64,000 nt of DNA. It comes from Flaccisagitta enflata. Its lineage: Eukaryota. The notes under the pieces are model-generated. The model worked only from the letters and a program-made list of their open reading frames with translations. It did not search any database and was not told the DNA's origin. A program made the position numbers and the translations under genes. The stretch covers positions 34,286,001 through 34,350,000 of the forward strand of contig OZ231126.1 in the NCBI GenBank assembly GCA_965153355.1, given 5' to 3'. This document shows positions 31,675 to 43,231 of the stretch, piece by piece (the first letter of the stretch is position 1; each line of letters begins with the position of its first letter).

Positions 31675-33406
31675 AAAAAGTGACCCAGGATCCTTAGCAG
31701 CCCCAGATGGCCCCAGATGACATTCACTAGCAGTTTTTCAGCCAAGTAAACATCCATGCACTACAACTGAATAAATCAGTTGGAAAGATTGGACTCTTTT
31801 ACAGAAATACAGATTAGATTCTTTTACAGAAATACACAATTTTTGTTCAATTTTGAAGCATTTTTGTCATTTTGGGGCATGCTCAGGGCCATATTATTTT
31901 GCTGTTTCTACTCAGTTACACCTTTCTGAGGCTACAGTTTAGGATATTTTACAGTTTAGAGGACAAAATTTCATTATTTTTCCTTAATTTTTGACATAGT
32001 GTAATATGGGTCATTTTAAGGCCGTTTTTGGCCATTTTGGGTCCCTTGCAAGCCCTCAATTGTAGCCACTGACCATTTTTTGGCCAAACCCATGTTTATA
32101 CATTATAAATGAGTGATTTGGATCAATATTTGGGATTTTTCATGAAAAAGAAACTAAAATTTTGAATTTTAAAGCATTTTGATCATTTTGGACCAGTTTT
32201 GGCTATTTAAGGCCTGTTTTTAAGCTGATACAACGCTCAGGGCTATATTTTTTTGCTGTTTCTACACATTTCCACTTCACTGAGGCTTCATTCTATATCC
32301 TGGGATTTTTTAAGGTTTGGAAGACAGAATTTCATTACTTTTCATTAATTTTTGACATAGCGTAATATAGGTCATTTTAAGGCCTTTTTTGGCCATTTTG
32401 GGTCCCTTGCAAGCCCTCCATTGTAGCCACTGACCATTTTTTGGCCAAACCCATGTCTATACATTATAACCAAGTGATTTGGATCAATGATTTGGATCAA
32501 TGATTTGGATTTTTTGTGAAAGATACACCAAATTTTTGAATTTTGAAACATTTTGGTCATTATGGGCCAATTTTGGCCAGTATAGGCCTGTTTTTGGGCT
32601 GATTCAATGCTCAGGGCCATATCTTTTTGCTGTTTCTACTCTGCTAGACTTCACTGAGGCTCTATTCTAGGCTATTTTAAGGTTTAGAAGAAAAAATTTC
32701 ATTATTTTTCATTAATTTTTAACATAGCAGAATATGGGTCATTTTAAGGCAATTTTTGGTCATTTTGGGTCCCTTGCAAGCCCCCAATTTTAGCCACTGG
32801 CCATTTTTTCACCAAACCTATAACTATACATTATAACTGAGTGGACTGGATCAATGATTGGGATTTTTCACGAAAAAATAACCCAAATTTTTGAATTTTG
32901 AAGCATTTTGGTCGTTTTGGGCCAATTTTGGCTATTTAAGGCCTGTTTTTAGGCTGATACAACATTATTTTTTTATTAATTTTTGATATAGTGTAAGATG
33001 GGTCATTTTAAGGCCTTTTTTAAGCCGTTTTGAGGTCCTTGCACGCCCCCAATTGCAGCGACTTGCCGTTTTGTGGCCACACCCATGTCTATACATTATA
33101 ACTGAGTGAACTGGATCAATGATTAGGATTTTTTGTGAAAAATAAACCAAATTTTTGAATTTTGAAGGATTTTGGTCATTTGGGGCCATTTTTGGCCATT
33201 TTCGCCACCTATGCAGCGACCGAGTTACTCGTGGGGGCACTTGGGAAGCCATCTATGGTGCCCGGGGGCTTCACCTAACTATACCACAACTACAAAATTT
33301 CGGCCAGCCCACTCGGAGACCATAGCCCTGATTTGAAACACCCCAGTCTCAGGGCTGCAAGTGTGAAGGCCATCGCTCCCGCTTGACGGACGAGAGAGAG
33401 AAAGAG

Positions 33407-33492
<86 letters not shown>

Positions 33493-34159
33493 TGAGAGGG
33501 ACAGAGAAATCGAGAGTGACAGACAGACGGGCAGAAAGACAGTGTGATAGAGACTATGTCAAAGACTTTGACAGCGAGAAAAGAGATTCGAAGGGTTTCT
33601 CAGCTCGGTTCAGACTGTATGGAGGACTAGCCAATGGGAATAGGGCTTTGAGATTGGGGAAAAAGAAAAATGAGGGAAATTCCAAAAATAGAAATAAGTC
33701 GAAAAAAGAAGTTAATTCAAGAGAATAAAGAGAGAAAAAAAAAGGCAAAAAGAATTTTCTCTCTTAGAACTGTGATGAGGAAAGAGAGAGAAAGAGTAAA
33801 TACGAATGAAAGAAGGAAAGAATAAACAAAAAAGGGGGAACGAGGAATGGAGGGACAATGACAAAGACAGAAAATTAAAAGGGGGATAGACACACAGCCA
33901 AGAAGAAAGACTGGAAGAAAACGGGACAGAGCACCGTTGACAGTCGGAATGAGCAGAGTGAGGGACACAGAAAACAATTGTGGAAGAGAAAAAAGAGACC
34001 CTAAGTGTGAATTTATGATAGAGGCGAGAAGGCGAGGAGAGAAAGAAACTAGTGGCGTTCGCCATTTTGTGTTCCACGAAAACTTTATCTGGCATGAAAA
34101 AGAAAGGCAATAATTCTAATAATAATAACCACACAAATCTATGTTGTAGATAATGGCCA

Positions 34160-34320
34160 CCTGTGGGCGGCCTTACTACTATCCATGGGCGACCTCACTG
34201 CCGCCTATGGGCGGCCTCACTGCCGCCTGTGGGCGGTCCCACTGCCGCCTGTGGGCGGCCCCATTGCCGCCTGTGGGCGGTCCCACTGCCACCTGAAGGT
34301 GGTCCCACTGCCGCCTGTGG
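34160..34320. repeat. 22-bp GC-rich minisatellite
   Basis: Unit actgccgcctgtgggcgg(t/c)ccc, about 7 copies. Confidence 0.9.
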
Positions 34321-34354
34321 GTGTGTGTGTCCGTATGTGTGTGTATGTGTGTGG

Positions 34355-34775
34355 AGAAAGCGGGGTTGTGTAACATACATTGGAAAATACAAGGCTGTGT
34401 GACAGGTGTGTGATGGGTCCGGATTAAACACCAGTGAGAGCTCCAAAGGCTCTCATCCTTTATTAAAGTAGGGTTGAGTAGTAATGTTGTCCAACTTTCA
34501 TACATTGGAACAAACTAGGTGGTGTGATATACATCAAAGAATTCAGGGATGTGTGACATGTGCAACAATTCATCCTACATACATTGTAGAAAAAATGGGT
34601 GAAGTGACATACATCAGAGAATTCTGGACTGTGTGACATACATTGGAAAAACTGGGTGGTGTGACATTCATCGGAGAATTCTGGGCTGTGTGACATACAT
34701 TAGAGAAAACTTGGTGGTGTGACACACATCAAAGAATTTTGGGCTGTGTGACGTACATCGACGAAAAATGGGTGG
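34355..34775 (+). repeat. Satellite of alternating ~29-bp subunits (left part)
   Basis: gtgtgacatacatcggagaattctgggct / gtgtgacatacattggagaaaactgggtg; continues after the retrotransposon. Confidence 0.9.
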
Positions 34776-35686
34776 TATAAAGTACGCCCACGAGTTTCAA
34801 CTGGCACTGTCTATGAGCGTCTATCTGACTGACGACTTGTGGTGAAAGAAAGTTGGCCGATTGGAAAATAGGAAGGCGATCGTCTCGTTTATTCCATAAA
34901 AATTTCAACAACTGAAGAGAGGGGGAAAAATGAAAGGGAAAGTGGGCGTTAATTGTGATCAGCAAACGCAAAAGATAACATGAAATCGAGATAGGACACA
35001 ATAAAGGACAGAAACAGCACATGACAACATGTTCATCTTCTTCAGAGCCCATGCCACCTGATAATACCTGCCCCTGCCCCGGCCCATCCCATTAAATTCA
35101 TCCATATCATCCCTATAGCAAGCTGATCGGACTAGCGATAAAAACCATACTAAAATCCGGCGATAAAGATGCAAAAGGGCAAAAGACAAAAATAACAGAC
35201 CGGAAGACAAGATAAAAACAACGTTAATAAAAGCAGAAACACGTCTATAAAACTTACTTTTAGGCCCACTTTCGTTGGTTTCAACCCACAGTCTGTCGAT
35301 GTCAAATTAACGTTAATTGTCCGTTCATTAGTTTATCTGCAATAAAAAGATGAGAGATTATTGAAATTAGTGAATTCCAAGGGCGCATTCAAACGATCAT
35401 AAAAATCAATCAATCACTTTAAGAAGCGATGCCATAATTAAATAAAATCAATCAATCCAAAAATTGGATGATACGAAAGACGAGTTACGTATATTTGCCT
35501 ACGTAGTAAAAACAAATGGCACAAAATCAAGGCGCAACCATATGGTTACCCATCTAGCGTTCAATATAAAAAATGGCAAGAAACAAAAGACACGGGCATC
35601 GAATAGTAGAAAGAAAAAGCCAAAAGCACGCAAAAGAGACAGAAGGCACACACACCTAAGAGACGGACAGACATACATTTCTAACA
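34776..35686 (-). repeat. 3' LTR (911 bp)
   Basis: Direct repeat of 47061-47976 with only a few substitutions and small indels visible by eye. Confidence 0.95.
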
Positions 35687-35701
35687 TTCTGCCCCATTTT
35701 T
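35687..35701 (-). promoter_or_regulatory. Polypurine tract
   Basis: AAAAATGGGGCAGAA immediately before the TGTTAG start of the 3' LTR on the minus strand. Confidence 0.8.
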
Positions 35702-36487
35702 GGAATTTCACGAATTTCAAAAATCCGACACCTAGTTTCCAGTCGGGGAAACCCTACTAAAAAACGATACTACCTTCCTTAAAAATTTTACATAGACACA
35801 ACCCCCGCCCCCTCCCCCGTCCCGCCTCTTACATCCCCACCTAACTATCAACAGATCGCGACTGCCCGAATGATGATTCCCGTCCGGAAAGGATCCACCA
35901 CCAGCAAATTTGCAACGATCAATGACGCGGATGGAGGCAGGCGGCGACGAAGGTTGAGGCGCCCGTTCTGAAAAAGTTAAAGGGAAGGGGGGGGGAAAGG
36001 GGAACGGGCCTAGGAGCACTCCAAGCCTGGGATTTGACTTGAGAGTGGAAAAAGATAAGTGGGGGCATACTACTAAAACATGTCATACGAAAGTATTCGT
36101 AATAATGACTAAAAAGACCATGTCTAAAACAAACACAACAAAAATATACATGTTCCAAAGAACCAAACAAAACAAGACAAAATTAAATAAATTACTAACT
36201 ATATAATAAAAACGAATCTGTTAAATGAAAGAAAAATTAGTAAGCATCATGGAACGACCACATCACCTGCGCCTTCTCCATTACAGAGACGAGCGGGTCA
36301 TTCCGGCTCCAACATCTCGTCAACTCGTGGGTGAAAGGCGATGAGTGATGTCGTCGACGGCGACCGCATCGAAAGGCGCAGGTGGTGCAACCGTCTGAGA
36401 GTGAATCCTCCCCGAAGGGAAGGAAAAGAAAGAGAAAGAACAGGGGCAGATTGATTAGTAAAGTTCTTATCGTACACAGATTCAAAT

Positions 36488-38863
36488 TTACAACAAAAAC
36501 TCAACCTCAACCCTTCCCAAACCATGATACTTACGCGGGCGTTTTTCGCCAGGCCCCGGGGCGGACGTCATTCCCACGCCCCGGGTAGCGCCCCCGACTT
36601 GGCCGGCCTGTCCATCGATGGGATGAGGATGTGATGGTGGAATACGATCCTCAGCGAATGGCGGCGCTCTCCACGCCATGTTGCAAATTGGTAGTTAAAT
36701 TGAACAGCAACTGGGCGTGGCACCAATCAGCGTTTAGCTGGCGGTCTGATTTTTCCAAGGCCTGGTTCGATTTTCTTATTCCCAGGCTTGGGAGCGTCTT
36801 TGCGACAGGATCTGCTGACCGACTTTTTCTGCTGGAGAAGACGCAGGAGGTGGAGATGCTGCATCGCAATTCGGCGCAATCGAAATTCGGACGTACAGCG
36901 GACGCAGTTTTAAAGTCGACGGCCATAGCCGCCTTTGCGCGTTCCACCGCTTCCTCTTTCTTCTTAGCCTTCATCGCACAGGCCTGCTTCTCCTTTTCAA
37001 GCTGCTTCTCCAGTTCCACGACTCGCTTGTTGCCTTTGACCACCTCATTGTCCGCAGCCATTGCTGCTCGACGAGCATCGTCTCTCTCCTGTTGGATGTT
37101 GCGACGAATCCTCTCGTCTAAGACTTGACGAGCCGCTTCAACTCGTTGACGCGGCGGAAGCGACGCGAAGAAGTCTTTTGGAAGCCTGGATGCTAAATTC
37201 TTCACCACCCCCAATGGAGCATTTGAGGTCAGCGAAGAGGCTTCTCGTAGCAATGACTCGGCGATGTGGTGTCCATGCGCAGGATCAAAGGCTGGATCCG
37301 ACGGGGGAGGCGGGTTCTGCACTTGCTGCAGACCTTGGGCAGACTCGGTTTGCTGACGAGGCGCTACCAGCTTTAACAGATGCTGAAGCACCGCCAACTA
37401 GTTCGCTTCCTACCGCGGCTTTTGATGGCTGCGAGTGAAAGGAAGACGCTCCCGTCTGCTGACCAGAGACTTGAGGTTTAACAGCGGACGCCGAAGCACC
37501 GCAAGTAGAACCTCCCTTGGTTGCTGCTTTGTGCTTTTTCCCAGCTCTCTTGGTCTTCTTCCCCTTTGCTGCCGCTGCCCCAGGCGCCTGATCCAGCTTC
37601 TGGGTTGCTGCCAACGTTGCCGTCGACGAACCACTTGAAGCTTCTCCTTGGCCTTTGGGCGTTACTGCTGCAGGGGGCGCGCCTGGAGGCGCTTGAAGGG
37701 GGCCTTTGCTTTTGGAATTTGGCCCTTTTTGTTGACTCTGCACATTGCGCGTTTGTGGAGTCTTTCCCCGACGTGATCTCTTCGATTGTTGTGAGGGAGT
37801 GACGTCACGAGGACCCTGTTGCTGCTGATTTGGGGGATGAACCAATCCAGGGCGCGATTGACGACTTCCTGATGCTGTAGAGTGAATTGCCGCTGATGTA
37901 GCTGCGGCTGCGTCGAGCACGAATACCGCTGGTGGAGTTGCGGAAGCGTCGACAGCAGTTGCACCAGGAGGCTTCGGAGCCGCATTCTTCCTCTTCGTCG
38001 CTTGGACCATGCGACGAACCTCCTTATCATGCTCCCTCCTTCTTTTGTTGCTTTGGATTTTGCGCTCCAGAGTCTCCGAGCCCAGCTCTGTTTGATTAGC
38101 CGATGAGCGCATGAGAGTTTGTTTGTTGCAGCATACTGAAAGTTTTTCAAACTCTTTGAAGAGGAGAGATACTTCGACGTCCGGACTGATGATACGATAC
38201 CACCGCGCCTGCATCCGTTGGTGTTTCTCTTCCGGCGTCGCAGTGTCCACTTCGGAGTCAATGCCTTTCTCCACCACCTCCCATTCACCAACACCTCCTC
38301 CTCTATTTCCATCCCCTCCTCCTCCACTCTTGCTCCATCATTGACCAATCTCTCTCTCTCTTCGCCCCCGCTGCGTTGACGTGCAGCTGCAGACGCTTGA
38401 TCACGAGACGCTGGGCGACCGAAATCAAGGCAGAATTGGCGAGGCGATGGGGGCAAATCCGATGATGATGACGCCGCCGCGGAAGTGGTGGATAAGTCCG
38501 TCGGCGGCCGATTGATCGCAATCCGCCTCGAACCTCCATCTTTGATGACCACCAATGGAAGGCGGCAGCGGGATCAACGGCGTTGGATGGCTGTTGACGA
38601 TTTACCAACGCATCATCTTGTTGACGCTTTTTATTCGCCATTTTTGCGTCGGCCCGAGCGAAGGTCGCCATTGAAGGCTGCCAGCGCGACAGCCTCCTCC
38701 TCCGCCCCGAACGACGTCGTGGATGCAGATCCCTCTCGAGTCGAGCCGTCGTTGAAGAGTCGATGAAGATCCAGGACCCGTACGACGTCGACACGTCGGC
38801 TTCAGCCTCGAGACGCGCTGCTGACGGGACATCTTGACTCCGACGAGCGACTTCAAGATGCAA
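36488..38863 (-). CDS. Extra ORF region downstream of pol (unknown product, broken into overlapping frames)
   Basis: Chain of overlapping minus-strand ORFs (38303-38863, 37662-38555, 37285-38277, 36651-37397, 36488-36679); GC-rich block with a low-complexity Ala/Ser/Gln/Lys segment and a coiled-coil-like segment. Confidence 0.6.
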
Positions 38864-39183
38864 ACTGACTTCGTAGATGGAATGACGTCGTCAGCGGAAG
38901 CTTTGAAATGTTCGTGTTGAAGAACTGATAAAGGTAAGAACGGATTTGGCACAATAATATGTACATATAGACAGGGCGAATGAATCAGTGTTTTGATGTG
39001 TAAATGGAAATGGACAACATAATTGACAAGAGGAAAGATGAAAGCATGGATAATCAGAACCAAATATGAATAATAACAACTCTTTGTAAATATAACAAGT
39101 CAGAGTATCAATCACTCATATCTATAGTTACTAATGGACAGGCCCATGCGCCTTTTTCTCTCTCTCTCAAAACTTAGCGTTTT

Positions 39184-39777
39184 TTATGAGTCCAATTCCA
39201 GCCGCACGAGCTTCGTGCGGTCTTTCGTCACGATCTTTCCATCTTGGCGCCGGATGTGAGCCCTCCGGACATGGGCTGACGAACCCTCGACGCCCATGAC
39301 ACGTCCTAAGCTCCAATTGTGACGAGGCAGCGTTTCGTCCATGACGATGACCATGTCATCCACCGCAAAGTCTTTCTCAGATCTCGACCATTTGCTTCGC
39401 GCATGAAGAAGCGACAAATATTCGACCCTCCACGATTTCCAAAATGCATCCACACGCGATTGCGCACGCCTCCATTGAATCTTCGCGGAGTCGGCGTCAG
39501 AATTGACGCCTTGTTGCACCAGATCTAGAGGGGCATGGCCGGATGTTGATGGATTGAGGATATGATTCGGTGTAAGGGCCTCAGAGTCATTTGGATCATC
39601 GCTGAGCGCTGTTAGAGGACGGCGATTGAGAATTCCTTCAACTTCGACGACGGCAGTGTTGAAGGCGTCGACGTGGAGGATGGCGCCAGTTGAGATGGAA
39701 GCAAGATGGCGCTTAAAGAGAGCAACGATTCTCTCACACCCTCCATAGTGGGGTGTTCTCGGCGTGATAAATCCCAC
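39184..39777 (-). CDS. pol: Integrase C-terminal part (catalytic E region plus DUF5641-like tail)
   Basis: PRTPHYGG-ERIV, EGILNRRPL, LTPNHIL, FWKSWRVEYL, PRHNWSLGRV; frameshifted from the upstream ORF. Confidence 0.92.
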   Translation of the reverse strand: MGFITPRTPHYGGCERIVALFKRHLASISTGAILHVDAFNTAVVEVEGILNRRPLTALSDDPNDSEALTPNHILNPSTSGHAPLDLVQQGVNSDADSAKIQWRRAQSRVDAFWKSWRVEYLSLLHARSKWSRSEKDFAVDDMVIVMDETLPRHNWSLGRVMGVEGSSAHVRRAHIRRQDGKIVTKDRTKLVRLELDS

Positions 39778-39798
39778 CGAAGGCCGCGCCGCTGCAGT

Positions 39799-42711
39799 TC
39801 AGGGAGTTGACGAGCGGTTCCAAGCTTCCATTTCCTTCTTGAGGATGTTGTTGGCGCCGACTAGATTCGTCCCACAATCTGATGTGAAACGGCGGATTCC
39901 TGGGCGCCTTGCTGCAAAGCGGATGATTGCATTTACCATCGCATCGGCTGACATGTTGAAGAGCAATTCCACATGGACGGCGCGTGACACGAAACAGGTG
40001 AACACTGCGATCCACACCTTATGATCAGCACGCCCGTTCATTTTTACCATGAAATGCCCCATGACGTCCAATCCAGTCTCTGCAAAGACAGGCGCCGGAT
40101 TGACGCGATTTGATGGAAGATTGGCCATTTGCTGATTTGCGTTCTTTTTAAAGTTCTTCTGGCATCTAAAGCACGTGTTGACGACGCTCTTGACGGCCTG
40201 AAGACCTTTTGTAATCCACACAAATTGGCGTAATTGGCACAATGTATGCTTTGCACCCGCGTGAAAATCATTATGATGATAATGGCGAATTAATGATTTC
40301 ACATTCTCGTCTTTTGGCGGCAGGATAAAGGGAAATTTAGCGTCGTGAGAGATGTCGGCATTTTCCAATCGACTGCCGACGCGAAGGATGCCGTCGTCGT
40401 CGACGAAAGGGTTCAACTTCCGCATCTCCTTGTTCTTTATGATAAAGTCACGACGGCTTTCTGGCTTGAAGACTTTTCCCAATTCCAATTGTTCGAAGAC
40501 GTCAGAATAATGCTGCCGCTGCATTGACTTGACGAGCCGTTTGCGCGCCTCCTCCACGACGTCTTGCGTCACTTCCGGTTTTGGAAGGAGATCTTTTGTT
40601 GCTCGTGTCTTCGCCCTTGGATACGCTCTCCACCTTTTGACTGCGATGAGAACCATGCCGATAATCCGCAATTTCTGCATCCATTTTCCCCGAGAAGCGG
40701 CTGCAAGAAGTATCGCGTCAGCCACTTGTTTCTTTTCACTCTCAGCCGCATACAGAGCGGCGACCTGTGCAGAAATAGGGCACGTCGCGATGTTCGTCTT
40801 TGGCCATTGATCTTCGGGAAGACGCAAAAATGCAGGGCCTTGATGGAATTGACGCCATTTTTCGGCTTCATGGGCCTGGATGCCTCTGCTACAGTGGTCC
40901 GCCGGGTTGTTTGACGAGTCAACCCAGCGCCACTGTTGAGGATCAGACCCACTATGGATCTTGGAGAGACGATTGGCGAAGAATACAGGCCTCGGTTTTG
41001 CCGGATTGTAAATCATCTTCAGTGCAGATTCAGAATCGGACCAAAATCTGACGACGAGATTGTCCAAGTTGATGGTCCTTCCGACGAAGCGTTTGAGCTG
41101 CACTGCTTTTTCTGCGGATACAATCTCGACGCGTGGAACGCTGTTGTGATGAGAGGCACGTTTTGGATTGAGAGGAATGACGTGAGATTTGGATGCGATG
41201 AATGAAATGTGAACATCTCCATCTCGGTTGACTTGACGTCGATATGCAACTGCTCCATATCCGCCTTTTGGAGCTGCATCGCAAAATAACTCGATTGTTA
41301 CTTCCGCAATGTCGCTATTGTCGACGCCGCCATTCCACCAGCGTTCAATTCGATATTGTTGTAGAAGAGGCCAAGATGAAGTATAGCGGAAGAAAGATTC
41401 CTCAACGCTCTCTTCCAAGGGCGAATCCCATCCCACTTCCTGTGGACGACAGAGTTGAAGATGACGTCTGCCGATGTATGCGCTTGGACTCCAAAAACCC
41501 AATGGATCGTAAAGTTTCGCTTGCATAGAGACCAATTGACGAGGTGTTTTTGCTCTAAGAGTTTTGAATTCTTCGTCGCAGATGAAAATAAAGACGTCTT
41601 CCGCCGGAAGCCATGAGACGCCCAACACCTTCGTCGGCGCATCATCTTGCTTATCTGAAATGGGGATTGGCACATTTGGATCTCCATCCATCAATTGCCG
41701 CGCATTGCTCTTCCACTTCACAAGATCCATCCCGCCTTCCGCCATCGCCGCCACTGAATCCACCTTTAGTTGCAGTGCTTCGTCGACCGAATCCCCACCC
41801 CCACTTCCGTCGTCGACGTAAAAACCATAGCGAATAAGATCGTAGACGTTGTAGGGGTATTTGGGCCGGATTACTTCAGCATGCTTTCTGACGGTGAAAG
41901 ATGTGACGAATGAGCTGGATTGGCTGCCGAAGACGTGTGATAAAAACAGATTCAAAATTGCTTCTCGAAGAGTGCGGTCCTTGAACCAAAAGAATCTGAA
42001 TAAATCAGCGTCGTCAGGATGGACGCGGATTTGGTGGAAAAACGCCTTTATGTCACACATAAAGGCGATTTTCCACTGACGAAAACGCATGAGGATGTCC
42101 ATCAGGCTATTCATCAAATTTGGGCCTCCGACGAGCAAATCATTGAGTGAGATCCCGTCGGTCGCCGCACGCGCATCGTGACATACGCGCGTTTTTCCGC
42201 GCAATTCGACAATATGAAGCGGCAAGTACCAGCGCGGCTTCTCAATGCCGTCGTCGTCGTCGACGTTGTCAATCTCAATCGCCACTCCCGTCTCGTAAAA
42301 CTTCTCGATTTCACGGAAGACTCTTTCTTTGAAGGCTGGATCACGCTTGAAGCGAAAACGTTGGTTACCGAGTCGCTTCATCGCAGTCGGTCGTGATTTC
42401 ACTCTTCTCAGAATCTCCATGATTTTTTCATGATGAAATTTCCATGTGACAGGAGCAAAGTACTTTTTCACAATTGGGCAAAAATATATCTTTTCCTCTA
42501 ACGTTTTGCACGCTCTGACATTTTCAAGGGAATCACCCATCTCCTCTTGCGAGACGATTGATGATGCAAAGTCATGGTAGAAGATGCGGTCGATGTTGCT
42601 GTTGAGGACGATTGTCGAGGATGCGATCGATGTTATCGTTGAGGACGCGGTCATCCGTCGCGATAGCGTTGATCGACGCAATATCTCGTCCTCTTTTGCC
42701 CGTTTTTCCAC
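39799..42711 (-). CDS. pol: Reverse transcriptase, RNase H (Pao peptidase_A17 type), integrase zinc finger and core
   Basis: CDIKAFFHQI, HVFGSQSS, FYVDD; LFCDA..GYGAVAY, VPRVE, FWSDS, NPADHCSRG; H..H/CFRC; GLDVMG, TSDCGTN. Confidence 0.96.
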   Translation of the reverse strand: MEKRAKEDEILRRSTLSRRMTASSTITSIASSTIVLNSNIDRIFYHDFASSIVSQEEMGDSLENVRACKTLEEKIYFCPIVKKYFAPVTWKFHHEKIMEILRRVKSRPTAMKRLGNQRFRFKRDPAFKERVFREIEKFYETGVAIEIDNVDDDDGIEKPRWYLPLHIVELRGKTRVCHDARAATDGISLNDLLVGGPNLMNSLMDILMRFRQWKIAFMCDIKAFFHQIRVHPDDADLFRFFWFKDRTLREAILNLFLSHVFGSQSSSFVTSFTVRKHAEVIRPKYPYNVYDLIRYGFYVDDGSGGGDSVDEALQLKVDSVAAMAEGGMDLVKWKSNARQLMDGDPNVPIPISDKQDDAPTKVLGVSWLPAEDVFIFICDEEFKTLRAKTPRQLVSMQAKLYDPLGFWSPSAYIGRRHLQLCRPQEVGWDSPLEESVEESFFRYTSSWPLLQQYRIERWWNGGVDNSDIAEVTIELFCDAAPKGGYGAVAYRRQVNRDGDVHISFIASKSHVIPLNPKRASHHNSVPRVEIVSAEKAVQLKRFVGRTINLDNLVVRFWSDSESALKMIYNPAKPRPVFFANRLSKIHSGSDPQQWRWVDSSNNPADHCSRGIQAHEAEKWRQFHQGPAFLRLPEDQWPKTNIATCPISAQVAALYAAESEKKQVADAILLAAASRGKWMQKLRIIGMVLIAVKRWRAYPRAKTRATKDLLPKPEVTQDVVEEARKRLVKSMQRQHYSDVFEQLELGKVFKPESRRDFIIKNKEMRKLNPFVDDDGILRVGSRLENADISHDAKFPFILPPKDENVKSLIRHYHHNDFHAGAKHTLCQLRQFVWITKGLQAVKSVVNTCFRCQKNFKKNANQQMANLPSNRVNPAPVFAETGLDVMGHFMVKMNGRADHKVWIAVFTCFVSRAVHVELLFNMSADAMVNAIIRFAARRPGIRRFTSDCGTNLVGANNILKKEMEAWNRSSTP

Positions 42712-43231
42712 ATACAGTCCAACCGAATAGACATCTGAAGCAAGTCAAAGATCCTGAAGGCCCTCGACGGATTTCTTGAGCGACGGCGGCATCCGCATGC
42801 GCCGCTCCGATGATCATCATCACACCGCCTTCAGCTTCTGGAAATTTTACGCCTTCGATGTGAGGTTGGTCAGATAGGTCGCGGAGAAAAGGAGGAATAT
42901 CGCGTTCACTCGTTAACAAATCACCCACCAATGCGTCGCTGATGTCGACGACGTATTCCTCGTCGACCGATTGCATGGTGAATGATGCGATGAAACGATC
43001 CTCAACAACATGACTTCCCACAGTAATCACCGTCATTTGCACTGTTTTTGTTGGAATCAGAAGACTGCGAATGACGCTGGTACTGATCACGTCGCGATCA
43101 GCGCCTGAGTCGATCATAGCATATATCGTCCTCTGCGCACCCGAAGAATTGTTTAATATAGTCACTGGAACGATCGGACGGACAACGTCGTCGAATGAAG
43201 AGACGGACCGCGACGTTGCCGTCGCCGCCAG
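42572..43231 (-). CDS. pol: Aspartic protease, in frame with gag after a single TGA
   Basis: RPIVPV...YAMIDSGADRDVI, MIIGAAH, CLFGWTVCG. Confidence 0.9.
   Translation of the reverse strand: MAATATSRSVSSFDDVVRPIVPVTILNNSSGAQRTIYAMIDSGADRDVISTSVIRSLLIPTKTVQMTVITVGSHVVEDRFIASFTMQSVDEEYVVDISDALVGDLLTSERDIPPFLRDLSDQPHIEGVKFPEAEGGVMMIIGAAHADAAVAQEIRRGPSGSLTCFRCLFGWTVCGKTGKRGRDIASINAIATDDRVLNDNIDRILDNRPQQQHRPHLLP

Larger units (their letters stand above)
27958..33345. mobile_element. Non-autonomous Mutator (MULE)-like foldback element
   Basis: TIR TGGGGTGTTTCA...TGAAACACCCCA extending into kb-long inverted arms of ~330-bp subrepeats; 9-bp TSD GTCTCAGGG (27949-27957, 33346-33354). Confidence 0.9.

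Noticed and set aside
30898-31720. 233-aa SGLKSGL and 139-aa RPERPDL repeat ORFs
   Set aside because: Products of a 21-bp minisatellite inside a non-autonomous element
36651-38863. Calling the extra ORF env
   Set aside because: No signal peptide, fusion peptide or transmembrane segment in the unspliced frames
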